This document shows, in pieces, positions 21,712 through 32,503 of a stretch of 64,000 bases of DNA; position 1 is the stretch's first letter, and each line of letters begins with the position of its first letter. A program made the translations under genes and the position numbers. This DNA is from an uncultured Planctomycetota bacterium. GTDB taxonomy: Bacteria > Planctomycetota > Planctomycetia > Isosphaerales > Isosphaeraceae. The stretch is from the NCBI GenBank assembly GCA_963845755.1, contig CAWJTV010000001.1:32001-96000 (forward strand), in the 5' to 3' direction. The notes under the pieces are model-generated. The model was given only the letters and a program-made list of their open reading frames with translations. It made no database searches and was not told the origin of the DNA.

Positions 21712-24700
21712 ACTGACCCGCATCCGATCGCCACAGACGCATCCTGGGGACTGGGCGGGGCGGAACGACCACGCCCGTTGCTTGTGGGGCATGTGGCGCC
21801 AAGGTCAGCAACCCAGCGTCGAGGACTTCCTGGCCGAAGCGGACATTCGCGACCCCGACCGGATCGTCGCGGTGCTGCGGGTCGATCAGTGGGAGCGGTG
21901 GCAGCTCGGTCAGCGGGTCCCGGCCGAGACCTATCTCAACGCGTTCCCGGTGGTGCGGGACCAAGCGGAACAGGCCGTCGAGCTAATCCTCGCCGAGTAC
22001 CTGCTCCGCGAGGAGCTTGGCGAGCAACCGGCGCTGAAGGAATACCTCGGCCGCTTCCCGCAGTATGCCGCCGCGCTCCAGCTCCAGCTCGAGCTGCACG
22101 AGGCGATGGGTGCCGACCATGAGCCTCTCACCGACTGGGCCGAGCGGACCATGACACTGGGTGGCCGCCGCGAGATCGAATCGGATGCCGGGTCCGAAGG
22201 ACTTCCCGTCATCCCCGGCTACGAGGTCCTGGGTGTGCTGGGGCGCGGGGGCATGGGGGTGGTCTACCGGGCCTGGCAGAAGGGGTTGAACCGCTCGGTG
22301 GCGGTGAAGATGGTGCATGCGTGGACCCAGGCCGACCCGAAGGTGCTGTCGCGGTTCCGCGTCGAGGCCGAGGCCGTGGCCCGGTTGCAGCACCCCCACA
22401 TCGTCCAAGTCCACGAGGTGGGTGAGCACGCCGGCTCGCCGTTCCTGGTGCTGGAGTTGGTCGAAGGCCGCAGCCTGGCCGCGTGGCTGGCGGGCACACC
22501 CCGGCCGGCCCGGCCGGCGGCGGAGCTGCTTGAGACCCTGGCTCGGGCCGTCCACTACGCACACCGCCAGGGGGTGGTCCACCGCGACCTGACCCCGGCC
22601 AACGTCCTCCTGACCGCCGATGGCCGGCCCAAGATCACCGACTTCGGCCTGGCCAAGCTGATCATCGGCGGTGGCGACTTGCGCACCCAGACCGGCGAGC
22701 TCTTGGGCACGCCCAGCTACATGGCGCCGGAGCAGGCGGCCAGCCGACACCAGGCGATCGGGGCGGCGACCGACATCTACGCCCTGGGTGCGATCCTCTA
22801 CGAGCTGCTCACTGGCCGGCCGCCGTTCAAGGCGGAATCCGCACTGGAGACCCTGTACCAGGTCGTCGCGCATGAGCCGGTCGCTCCATCGCGCTTGCGG
22901 CCCAAGCTGCCCCGCGATCTGGAGACGATCTGCCTGAAATGCCTGCACAAGGAACCGTCCCACCGCTATGCCAGTGCCGAGGCGCTGGCCGACGACTTGC
23001 GGCGGTTCCTGGAGGGTCGGCCGATCCTGGCGCGGCGCAGCTCCGCGGCGGAGCGCGGCTGGCGCTGGTGCCGGCGCAACCCGGCCGTGGCCGCGCTGTG
23101 CGGCCTCACCGCGACCCTGCTATTGACGCTGACCGTCGTCTCGGTGACCGCCGCTGTGCGCATCAACAAGGCGCGGCAGCGAGCCGACGACAAGGCCACG
23201 GCCGAGAAAGCGGCCCGCGAAAACGCTGACGACGCCGCTGCGGCCGCGACGCTGGCGCGGCGGCGCGCCCAGGAGCGGCTGGTACGCCTGAACATCGTCA
23301 CCGGCAATTTGCTGACCGGCGCCCGAGACTGCGACTACGGATCCGCCCTCCTTCGCTATGCCCAGGCCTGGATGCTCGACCGGGATGATCCCTCCACCGA
23401 GCCAATGCACCGCCTGCGCCTGGCGTGCCTCCTGGAACGCTATCCTCGGCTGGAGGGAATCTGCTTCCACACGTCTCCGGTCCTGGAGGCGCACTTCGAT
23501 GCCAAGGGCGGCCGGGTGTTGACGCGCACCGAGGACGGTCGAGCCTTCCTTTGGAACCCGTATCGCAGCTTGCCCATCGCCGGCCCGCTGCCGCACGACG
23601 GCAAAGTGCTATGCGCCGCCCTCAGCCCGGACGGCACGCGCGCCGTCACCACCGGGACCGATGGAACCGCCCGCCTGTGGGCTGCGGCGACCGGTCTACC
23701 ACTGGGCGCGCCGCTGCGGCATCCCGGCGTTGTCCGCCACGCCGCCTTCGGCCCGGACGGACAGCGCCTGGCGACCGCTTGCAACGACGGCACCGTCCGT
23801 TTCTGGACTGTCCCGGGAGGCAAATTGCTCGAGCCGGCCGTGCGCCAGAGCAGCGAGGTCGGCTTCGTTGGGTTCAGTCCCGACGGCCGGCTCATCGTCA
23901 CGGTCGACGGCCACAACACGGCACGCGTATGGGACGCGGCGGCCGGCCGGCCACTCACCCCGCCGATGCCGCATCGACTGACGCCCGGCAGTCCATGGGA
24001 CTACCTGTGTCAGCCGCCCCTCTTCAGCCCGGACAGCGCACGCCTCCTGACCGCGTACGACCGCACGGTCGAGGTGTGCGATGCCAGGACGGGGGCCGAG
24101 GCCGTGCCGCGCCGCACGGTCGATTTCGTCCTCAATCATGCGGCGTTAAGCTCGGACGGCGGTCGAGTTCTCCTGCTTGGCAAGTGGTCAAGGAGCGAAC
24201 TCCTGGATGCCGCGAGCGGTCGGACGATCCGTTTCTTGGATCATCCCCGCGAAGTCCAGGCTGGGTGTTTGAGTGCGGATGGAAAGCGGGTGGCCACGTC
24301 CAGTACCATGGGGCTGATCCACGTCCGTGATGCGCAGACGGGTGAGTATATCTTCCGACCGTTTGCTCATGCGGCGAGTCTGACCGAGCTGGCGTTCACG
24401 CCGGCGGGCGACCGGCTCTTGTCGGTCAGCCTGGACGGCACCGTGCGCATCTGGGACGTCGGTTTCGAGCCGTTCAAGGCGGTCCCCTACGATTACTCCT
24501 GCGGCTACGCCGACCGCCTGTTCCTGGCCGGGCGCTGCCTGAGCCCCGACGGCTCATGGGAAGTGCGCCCGGATGGTGCGGCAGGGGCACGCCTGCAGCG
24601 TCGTAGGGACGAAGAGCCCGGGCCGTTGCTGGCCCACCCCGGTCCAGTGCGCAAAGCCCGGTTCGCTCCGGATGGGCGAAGCGTCCTGACCGCGGATGAA

Positions 24701-25591
24701 CGGCGCGTCCAGGTCTGGGACGCCGGCACGGGCCGGCCGCGCGGCCCACTCCTGTCAGTCAACGCGACGTTGATCTGGGCTCAATTGAGCGACGACGGCA
24801 GTCGGTTGATGCTGATCGATGCCGGGGGAACAGTCAGCGTCCACGCGACCAGCAGCGGCCGCGTGGTACTCGGCCCGATCACCCTGGACGCCGAGCTCCT
24901 GAGCGATCGCAACCATCTCATTCGCAAGGTCGTCACGCTCAGTCCGGACGGACGTCGCCTGGCCGTCCACTTCCCCGGCCGCGTCCCCAGGGAAACCTGT
25001 GTCTACGAGGTCGATACGGGCCGGTGTCTTGCTACAGCGACTGGTTGCAGCGGTCTCGTGTCGAGCCTGGCCTTCAGTCCGGACAGCACACGCCTGGTCA
25101 GCACCGCTACGGACACACTGGCGCGGGTCTGGGACGCCGGGACGGGCAAGCCCATCGCCCCCCCCATGCGGCACCCGACCTTCGTTTGGCGTGCCACGTT
25201 CGCCCCGGACGGACGGCTCGTCGTCACCCACGATGGCGCCCACGTCCGGCTGTGGGACAGCGCGACGGGCGACTTGCTCACCCCGCCGCTGCCGCACCGA
25301 GTGGGCGTCCAGGCGGACGTCTGGGTTAGTCGCGATGGACGCCGCATCGTTGGCCTCGCGCCCGGCGGGGCCGCGCAGCAGTGGGAGTTGCCCACCTTCT
25401 ACACGGCGACTGCGAGGGTCATCTCGCTCGTGCAGCTCCTTACGGGCCAGCAGGTTGATGCCAGTGACGGCATCGCCCCGCTGGAGAAGTCCGCCCTTCT
25501 CGACGCCCCCGAGGATTACCGCCGTGCCTGGCTGTCCTGGCGCGGCCTGGGCGACGATCCCACGGTCCCGTCCTCCGCCAAGGGCGAGTAG
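21704..25591 (+). CDS. Hanks-type Ser/Thr protein kinase with TM helix and WD40 repeats
   Basis: LGRGGMGVVY, VAVK, HRDLTPAN, DFGLAK, GTPSYMAPE; many FSPDG...WD repeats; start overlaps the sigma 3' end. Confidence 0.93.
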   Translation: MTELTRIRSPQTHPGDWAGRNDHARCLWGMWRQGQQPSVEDFLAEADIRDPDRIVAVLRVDQWERWQLGQRVPAETYLNAFPVVRDQAEQAVELILAEYLLREELGEQPALKEYLGRFPQYAAALQLQLELHEAMGADHEPLTDWAERTMTLGGRREIESDAGSEGLPVIPGYEVLGVLGRGGMGVVYRAWQKGLNRSVAVKMVHAWTQADPKVLSRFRVEAEAVARLQHPHIVQVHEVGEHAGSPFLVLELVEGRSLAAWLAGTPRPARPAAELLETLARAVHYAHRQGVVHRDLTPANVLLTADGRPKITDFGLAKLIIGGGDLRTQTGELLGTPSYMAPEQAASRHQAIGAATDIYALGAILYELLTGRPPFKAESALETLYQVVAHEPVAPSRLRPKLPRDLETICLKCLHKEPSHRYASAEALADDLRRFLEGRPILARRSSAAERGWRWCRRNPAVAALCGLTATLLLTLTVVSVTAAVRINKARQRADDKATAEKAARENADDAAAAATLARRRAQERLVRLNIVTGNLLTGARDCDYGSALLRYAQAWMLDRDDPSTEPMHRLRLACLLERYPRLEGICFHTSPVLEAHFDAKGGRVLTRTEDGRAFLWNPYRSLPIAGPLPHDGKVLCAALSPDGTRAVTTGTDGTARLWAAATGLPLGAPLRHPGVVRHAAFGPDGQRLATACNDGTVRFWTVPGGKLLEPAVRQSSEVGFVGFSPDGRLIVTVDGHNTARVWDAAAGRPLTPPMPHRLTPGSPWDYLCQPPLFSPDSARLLTAYDRTVEVCDARTGAEAVPRRTVDFVLNHAALSSDGGRVLLLGKWSRSELLDAASGRTIRFLDHPREVQAGCLSADGKRVATSSTMGLIHVRDAQTGEYIFRPFAHAASLTELAFTPAGDRLLSVSLDGTVRIWDVGFEPFKAVPYDYSCGYADRLFLAGRCLSPDGSWEVRPDGAAGARLQRRRDEEPGPLLAHPGPVRKARFAPDGRSVLTADERRVQVWDAGTGRPRGPLLSVNATLIWAQLSDDGSRLMLIDAGGTVSVHATSSGRVVLGPITLDAELLSDRNHLIRKVVTLSPDGRRLAVHFPGRVPRETCVYEVDTGRCLATATGCSGLVSSLAFSPDSTRLVSTATDTLARVWDAGTGKPIAPPMRHPTFVWRATFAPDGRLVVTHDGAHVRLWDSATGDLLTPPLPHRVGVQADVWVSRDGRRIVGLAPGGAAQQWELPTFYTATARVISLVQLLTGQQVDASDGIAPLEKSALLDAPEDYRRAWLSWRGLGDDPTVPSSAKGE

Positions 25592-25844
25592 AACGAAGGC
25601 AGGATGAGTGCATGGATGTCATATTAGCGGATGTCCATCAACTTGTCAACTTCTCCGGCGGCTCGCGGCGGACCGCGCCAGCCTGAGGACGAGGACCGGA
25701 GGCATCTCCTTGACGCCCTTGACGCCGCGCGGAGAAGATAGCGGCGAGGGACGTCAGCCCCAGCAGAGACGGGGAAAACGGGACGCACCTAGTCTTGACC
25801 GGTGTGGGAACCAAGTGGGTCCCCGTTTCCTGTCCCACCGACCC

Positions 25845-26633
25845 TCAACCCAGCTCATTGAGCCGCTGGGCGATCGCAGTGAACTGGGTCGCGGCGCTAC
25901 GGCCTGGAGCCGGCCAGACCGTCAAGAAACCGTGGTAGCCGATCTCCTCCAGGGCCCCGAGGAATTCTTGCCAATCGAGAGCCCCGGGCGGGAAGCCGAA
26001 GCCTCGCGGATTGGAGGCCGGGGCTCGAGAGGAGCCGGTCGCATCGTTGGCGTAACCATGCACGACCCAGGCCCCCAGCGCGCGGATGGTCGCGACCGGA
26101 TCGATGCCGGTTTGCAGAAGGCCGGCCGGGTCGATGCTGGCCGCTAGCGTGGGAACTGCCAGTGTTTCGAGGAAAGCCGCGAGCGATTCCCCCGCCTCGG
26201 TCCCGGTCTCGATGGCCAGGCGCACGCCGCGATGATCGGCGCGGCGGCCCAGCTCACGCAGGGCGTTCGTGAAGGTTTCGAGCCGGTCGGAGTCCTCTTG
26301 GGGCGGCATGGCGCCGACGCGCGCCAGCACCACGTTCGTGCCTAGCTCGAATGCCATCGCGAACGCAGAGTCCGCCCGTCGGAGCCGGTCGTCGAGCTGC
26401 TCGATCGTATCGAACGGGCGACGCGTCGGTAGCGATAAAGCGATCAGCTTCAGCTCGACGGTCCTCAAGATATGACGCAGCTCGCGCCGGCCGGTCTCCC
26501 CGAGCCGTTGCGGTGCCAGGTCGCCGATGGCATCGACCACGACGCCCTTGGCGCCGAATCGAGCCGCTTCCTGAATCTGTTCCCGGACCGGACGGTCCGA
26601 GTCGAGTCGTAGTCCCAGGGGATTGCGAATCAT
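25845..26633 (-). CDS. Sugar-phosphate isomerase/epimerase (xylose-isomerase-like TIM barrel)
   Basis: LAIETG, IDPAG, HGYAND, GALDW..LGALEEIGYHGFLTV. Confidence 0.8.
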   Translation of the reverse strand: MIRNPLGLRLDSDRPVREQIQEAARFGAKGVVVDAIGDLAPQRLGETGRRELRHILRTVELKLIALSLPTRRPFDTIEQLDDRLRRADSAFAMAFELGTNVVLARVGAMPPQEDSDRLETFTNALRELGRRADHRGVRLAIETGTEAGESLAAFLETLAVPTLAASIDPAGLLQTGIDPVATIRALGAWVVHGYANDATGSSRAPASNPRGFGFPPGALDWQEFLGALEEIGYHGFLTVWPAPGRSAATQFTAIAQRLNELG

Positions 26634-26906
26634 GGTTCCTCAACGGTCGATCAAGACGAGCGGCTCAGCCCGTTCGAAAAGTTCATAAATTGGCCAAATC
26701 CAGATTCGACTAAGTGGGAAATATCCCATGTGCCACGTTGACGTCGATGTATATAGTGTACATTAGTGTATAGATACTCCTCCTGTTCCGCACCTGTTAC
26801 CAGGCGACCCGACGGCTCGCGGCCCGCGTTCGGGTGGTCCATCGCCAGACCGGGACCGCAGCGTACAAATCGTTCGGAAAGCGCTTCCGCGTGGAAGGCA
26901 ATTCGC

Positions 26907-28067
26907 CTACTCCGCCATCTCGTAGATCGTCGCCACGCCCTGTCCCTGGCCGACGCACAAGGTCGCCAGGCCGAGCTTGGCGCCCTGGTCGCGCATCCGG
27001 TGCAGGAGCGTCGTGGTGATCCGGGCGCCGCTGGCACCCAGGGGGTGGCCGATTGCGATCGCGCCGCCGCGGGTGTTGACCCGCTTCTCGTCGATGCCGA
27101 GCAACTTGAGCACGGACAGGACCTGAACGGCGAACGCCTCGTTCAGCTCGATGCACTCGATCTGGTCGAGGGTCAGCCCCGCGCCTTGAGGGCCTTGTGG
27201 ACCGCGGGCACGGGGCCGATGCCCATCTCCTCGGGATTGACCCCGGCCACGGCCATCGCGCGGACCTTCGCCATCGGCTTGAGACCAAGCTCCCGGGCCT
27301 TCTCTTCCGACATCACCAGCACGGCGGCGGCCCCGACGTTGATCGGCGAGCTGTTGCCGGCCGTGACCGAACCGCCTTCGGGTTGGAATGCCGGCGCCAG
27401 CGCGGAGAGGGCTTCCAGCGAGGTATCGCGACGGATGCCCTGGTCCTCGGTCAGCAGGACCTTCCGGCCGGATTCATCGCGGCCCCAGGTCGGGATGACC
27501 TCGTTCTTGAATTCGCCCTTGTCGGTGGCCGCGCCGGCGAGGTGATGGCTTCGCACGGCGAACTCGTCCTGGCGGCCGCGGGGAATCCGGTACTTCATCG
27601 CCAGGTACTCGGCCGTCAGTCCCATGTTCATGACCGCCTCGCTATGACGGCGGAAGAGCAGGGGACTTGGGTTGTAATCCTTGGTCATCGGGATGTGGTC
27701 CATGTGCTCGACCCCACCCGCGATCTGGACGTCCTCGCAACCAGCGGCCACGCTCATCGCCGCGTCGTTGATCGCCTGGAGGCTCGACGCGCAGTTGCGG
27801 TTGATCGTCACGCCTGCCGTTTCCTTGGGCAGGCCGGCGATCATCGCGGCGATCCGCGCGATGTCGTAACCCTGTTCCCCTTGTTGCTGCACGCAGCCCC
27901 AGCGGACATCCTCGACCTGTCTCGGATCGATGCCCGTGCCGCTTTATCAAGGCCTGGATGATGTGGGCGGACAGTTCGTCGGCACGCACATCCCGGAAAT
28001 ACCCTTTATCCGCCGAGGCCCGCCCGATCGGCGAGCGGATGGCGTCGATAATCACGGCATTCGTCAT
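26907..28067 (-). CDS. fadA: Acetyl-CoA C-acyltransferase (thiolase); apparent frameshifts near 27940 and 27183
   Basis: [54 protein letters not shown]. Confidence 0.9.
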
Positions 28068-28081
28068 GGGATGAATCCTTG

Positions 28082-28234
28082 TGAGTAGGGTGCTCTGCGA
28101 GCACCATGTATTGAGTAGGGTGCTCTGCGAGCACCATGTATTGAGTAGGGTGCTCTGCGAGCACCATGTATTGAGTAGGGTGCTCTGCGAGCACCATGTA
28201 TTGAGTCGCAATTGGTGCTCACAGAGCACCCTAC
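28082..28234. repeat. GTAG-family REP array: four tandem 30-bp units plus one inverted REP (BIME/REPIN-like)
   Basis: GTAGGGTGCTCTGCGAGCACC at 28085, 28115, 28145 and 28175; inverted GGTGCTCACAGAGCACCCTAC at 28214-28234. Confidence 0.9.
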
Positions 28235-30377
28235 ATCTTGGGCCGAGGGTAGAATGTCTCGCCACTCTTCGCCAGCTTGAGCAGGCTCGCGGTCGGCTCG
28301 TAGCGCTTGCCCAGCGAGGCGAATTGGTTCAGCCGTTCGACGATGTTGCCGGCGCCGACGGTGTCGCACCAGCGGAGTATGCCACCGCGGAACGGGGGGA
28401 AGCCGATCCCCAGGATGAGGCCCATGTCCACGTCGCCCGGCTCGCGGACGATCCCTTCTTCCAGCACGCGGGTCGCCTCGAGCAGCATGGGGAAGAAGAG
28501 TCGGTCGGTGATCTCGGCCTCGTCCATCGTCCGGTCGCCGGTCTTGTGCTGCGCGATGATCGACAAGACGGCCGGGTTGGGCTGCGGCTTGCCGCCCTTC
28601 CCCTTGGATGTCCAGAACCGCAGCGCCGACTTGTGATCCGCGCCGCCGACCTTGAGCATCTCCTCGAGGATCGGCGAGGTCACCGCCCGGTCGGAATAGG
28701 CGCCGGCCAGCAGCTTGCCGGCATAGCAGGCCGTCCCCAGGCCGACCATGTCGGAGAGGGCGATCGGGCCCATCGGCATGCCGAACCTGGTGGCCGCGCG
28801 GTCGATTGCCTCCATCGGCACGCCCTCTTGCAAGAGCAGGAGCGCCTCGCTCATGTAGGGCATCAGTACCCGGTTCACCAGGAACCCGGCGCAGTCCTTG
28901 ACGACGATCGGCGTCTTGCGGATCCGCTTGGCCAGGGCGACCACCGTCGCGATCGTCTCGTCGCTGGTCTTCTCGCCCCGGATCACCTCGACAAGCTCCA
29001 TGCGATCGACCGGGTTGAAGAAGTGCATCCCCACGAACCGATCGGGATGGGGCGCCGACTCCGCCAGCTTCGTGATCGAGATCGTCGAGGTGTTGCTGGC
29101 CAGGATAGCGTCGTCGCGGAGGACCTTGGCGAGCTTCTGGTACGCCTCTTTCTTGAGCGCGGGGTTCTCGGTGACCGCCTCGATCACGACGTCGGAATCG
29201 GCGAAGATCGACGGATTGGTGGCCGTGCTGAGCATGGCCAGCATGTTCCCCAGATCCTGGGGCGTGGCGCGGCCGATCTTGATCCGGCTCATGACCACGT
29301 CGCTGGCGCGCTGGAGTCCGTCCTTGAGGCGATCGTCATCGACGTCGACCATGGCCGTGCGGATCCCGGATCGGGCATGCGCCGTGGCGATCCCCGCACC
29401 CATGAGGCCGGACCCCAGGACACCAACGTGCTTCACGGAGCGAGGCGCGATGCTCGGATCGCTGACGCCCGGGTCCCGGGAAAGCCGGTTCTTCATGAAG
29501 AAGATGGCGATCAGGCTCCCCAAAATTGGCGAGCCGACGATCTCGCCGACGGCGCGCTGTTCGGCCTTGAGGCCCTCCTCGAGCGGGACGTTGCACCCTT
29601 CGCGGATCGCCTTCAAGGCGGCCAGGGCGCAGGGTACTGCCCCTTGGTCTTCGATTTGACGAATCCCTCGGCGACGGCGAACGCGAACATCATCTCATCC
29701 TGATCGAGCCCCAGCGGCTGACGCAGGCGTTCGCGACGCTCCTTCCATTCTCCGCTCTCCCGCAGGTACTCGAGCCGTCGCTTGCCTTCCTCAACGAGCC
29801 GATCGGCCGGGACCGCATCGAACGCCAGGCCCAGAGCGACGGCTTTCTGGGCGGAGACCGGCTCGCCCGATGTGATCATCTCGATCGCCGGATTCAGCCC
29901 GATGAGGCGGGGCAGTCGCTGGGTCCCGCCCCAGCCGGGAATCAGGCCGATCTTGACCTCCGGCAAGCCGACCTGTGTGTGGGCCGCCGCGGAGACCAGC
30001 CGGTCGTCCATCGATAAGGACAGCTCGGTCCCGCCGCCCAGGCAATTACCGTCGATCAGGGCGATGGTCGGGAAGGGAAGCCGGCTCAGTCCGCTGAAGA
30101 TCTGATGGCCGGCGCCGAGGGCCTTGGCGGCTTGCTCCGGCGTAATGTACGCCAGCGCGGCCAGGTCGTTGAGATCGGCCCCCGCGATGAACTGTCCGGG
30201 CTTGCCGCTCCGAAGCAACAACCCGCGCAGGTCGGTCCGTTGTGCCAACTGGCCCACCAGCCCCGCGAGCTCCCGGAGCACGCCCTCCGACAGCGTGTTC
30301 ACCTTCTTGTCCGGCACGTCGAAGGTCACCAGGGCGATTCCACCGCCCAGGTCTTCTACTTGGAATGCGCTTGGCAT
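28231..30377 (-). CDS. fadJ: Multifunctional fatty-acid oxidation complex alpha subunit (enoyl-CoA hydratase/3-hydroxyacyl-CoA dehydrogenase, FadB/FadJ); apparent frameshift near 29625
   Basis: FIAGAD, GGGTE, LPEVKIGLIPGWGGTQRLPR; GSGLMGAGIA, ASNTSTISI, GMHFFNPV, GFPPFRGG. Confidence 0.88.
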
Positions 30378-30431
30378 AACGACTCCATCGTTGAAGGATC
30401 TTTAAGTCTCCCCTCAATGGAAGGCTGGAGC

Positions 30432-30492
30432 ATGAAGAATGAATGAGCGAAGAATCGTCTTGACTCATCCTTCATCCTTCATCCTTCATCCT
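30432..30492. repeat. Intergenic heptamer repeat (TCATCCT x4) with a partly complementary ATGAAGAATGAATGA tract
   Basis: Units at 30465, 30472, 30479 and 30486. Confidence 0.8.
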
Positions 30493-30501
30493 TCCGTAGT
30501 C

Positions 30502-32411
30502 TCACGCCTTGTACGGCATCAGGATCTCTTCGGCCTTGATCCCGGCGATGGCTTCGAAGCCGCCGGCGGCGATGGTCTCACCCAGCTTGGTGACCGTGCG
30601 GTAGTACCCGTCCGAGGGCCGCTTGCCCGTCAGCCGGCGTGTCAGGTCCTGGCAGAGGATATCGGCCGCGCCCTGGACGACCTCGCTCGACTGCCGGCCG
30701 GCCCACAGGCTGGTCGCGAGGATCACGACGAGATCCTGGACCCTCTGCGAGAGCTCGGCGATGCGGCACTGGCGGTCGGCCAGGCGGAGCTGATGCTTGG
30801 TCATCACGTCGCTGATCTCCAGCCGGCTGCGCTGGAGGCCCGCGGCGGCGAACTCGGCGTGTCCGGCCAATGCCGGCGGGATCCCGGGGAACGCGGGGCG
30901 GTGGCGGGGCGTGAGCGCCTCACCCAGCCGCCACTTCCCGTAAGGGACCAGCGCCGAGCGCAGCGCCCAGGGCATGCGCCGGGTTCATCATGTTCGGCTT
31001 CTTGATACCGGAGGCCTGGAGTGCCTTGCCGATCGGCTCGAAGTAGGTCTTGCCGTGCTCCTTGATGAGCGACTTGAAGAACGCCATGCCCAGCATCTCG
31101 CCCTCGCCTTCGTAGATGCAAGGCGCCAGGTACTCGTGGACGTTCTCGCCGAAGATGTGGCCGCGCAGGAACGAACGGCCGCCATGGGTCTTCATCAAGA
31201 GCTCGACGGCCGCTTCCTTCTGGGACTCGCTGCCGAAGATCTTGGCGATGATGCACTCCATCTCGCCGCGAAAGCCCTGATCCAGCAGCCAGGAGCACCA
31301 GGCGACGAGGGCGTCGCAACCGGCGATCAGGCCGGCCAGCCGGCCGATCCGCCGCTCGACCAGCTCGCGCGCCACGATCGCCGCCCCGTAGGTCCGGCGG
31401 AACTGCGCCCAGGGGATCATGTTGGCCAGCATCACGCCGCATGGCTCCGGCGGCGGTCGCGCACAGCGCCACCCGGCCCAGGTTCAGGCCGTGATAGGCG
31501 ATCGTCAGCCCGTCCCCTTGCGCCGGCTCGAGCAGGTTCTCGCGGGGCACGCGGAAATCGTGGAACTTCAGCCCGTGATTGTGCAGGTGCCGCAAGGCCA
31601 GCAGGCCATACTGGACGATCTGGAAGTGCTCGTCCTCGTGATCGGGCAGGTCGACGATGAGGACCGCAGGCCGATTCTCGATCAGGCAGACCAGTCCGAT
31701 CGTACGACCGGGCACGGCGTTGGTGATGAACAGCTTCTCGCCGTTGACCACGTAGTCGTCGCCGTCGAGCACGGCTCGCGTCTTGAGGGCGGTCAGGTCG
31801 GAGCCGGCGCCGGGCTCGGTGAGCGCGAAGGCCGACAGCTTCCGGCCGCTGGCCAGCAGCGGGAGATAGCGTTCCTTCTGCTCGGGCGTGCCGAAGCTCC
31901 GCAAGGGATCCACCGCGCCGATGCAGCCGTGGACCGACGCCAGACCGGCCAGGTTCGGCTCGATCGTGGCCATCTGGGTCAGGAAGCGAGAGAACGACGC
32001 GAACGACGCGCCTTTCCCGCCATACTGCGGGTCGATGAGCAGCCCCCAGTATCCGACGGAGCCCAGGTCGTTGAGCACCGCCTCGGTCACCTTCCCGTCA
32101 GGGCCGAGGAGCGTTCCGGCCTCGCGATGACGGCGTGCGACGTCGAGCGAGTCGCGCATCGTCCGCTCCGCGGCCGGCGATGGTTGGGGCGGCTGGGGCG
32201 AGAACAAGTTGACCGGGACCTGGTGTTCCCAGACCGCCTGATGGATCGGGCTGTTGACCGTCTGGTAGCGCGCGGCGAACAGGGCTTCCACCTGATCATC
32301 GGCCCGGTCGATCGAGCCGGTCTTCCGCGCCTCCTCCTCGCTCTTCCCGCCCAGCTTCAGTGCGGTCTCGACGAACGTCTGGGCCTCGGGCTCCCGCAGT
32401 TGGGTATCCAT
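30502..32411 (-). CDS. Acyl-CoA dehydrogenase (FadE-like); apparent frameshifts near 31437 and 30970
   Basis: [40 protein letters not shown]. Confidence 0.9.
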
Positions 32412-32422
32412 GAGCTTCGCTC

Positions 32423-32503
32423 CAGTGTTCGGTGTTCAGTGTTCGGTCAACCGATAGCTTACACGCTGGACACCGAACGAGAACACTGAACACTGAACAC
32501 TCT
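32423..32503. repeat. Inverted pair of heptamer tracts (CAGTGTT-type / AACACTG-type)
   Basis: CAGTGTTCGGTGTTCAGTGTTCGG ... GAACACTGAACACTGAACACT. Confidence 0.8.

Noticed and set aside
28082..28234. CRISPR array
   Set aside because: Units are identical with no unique spacers, no cas genes are present, and the GTAG-plus-hairpin structure fits a REP
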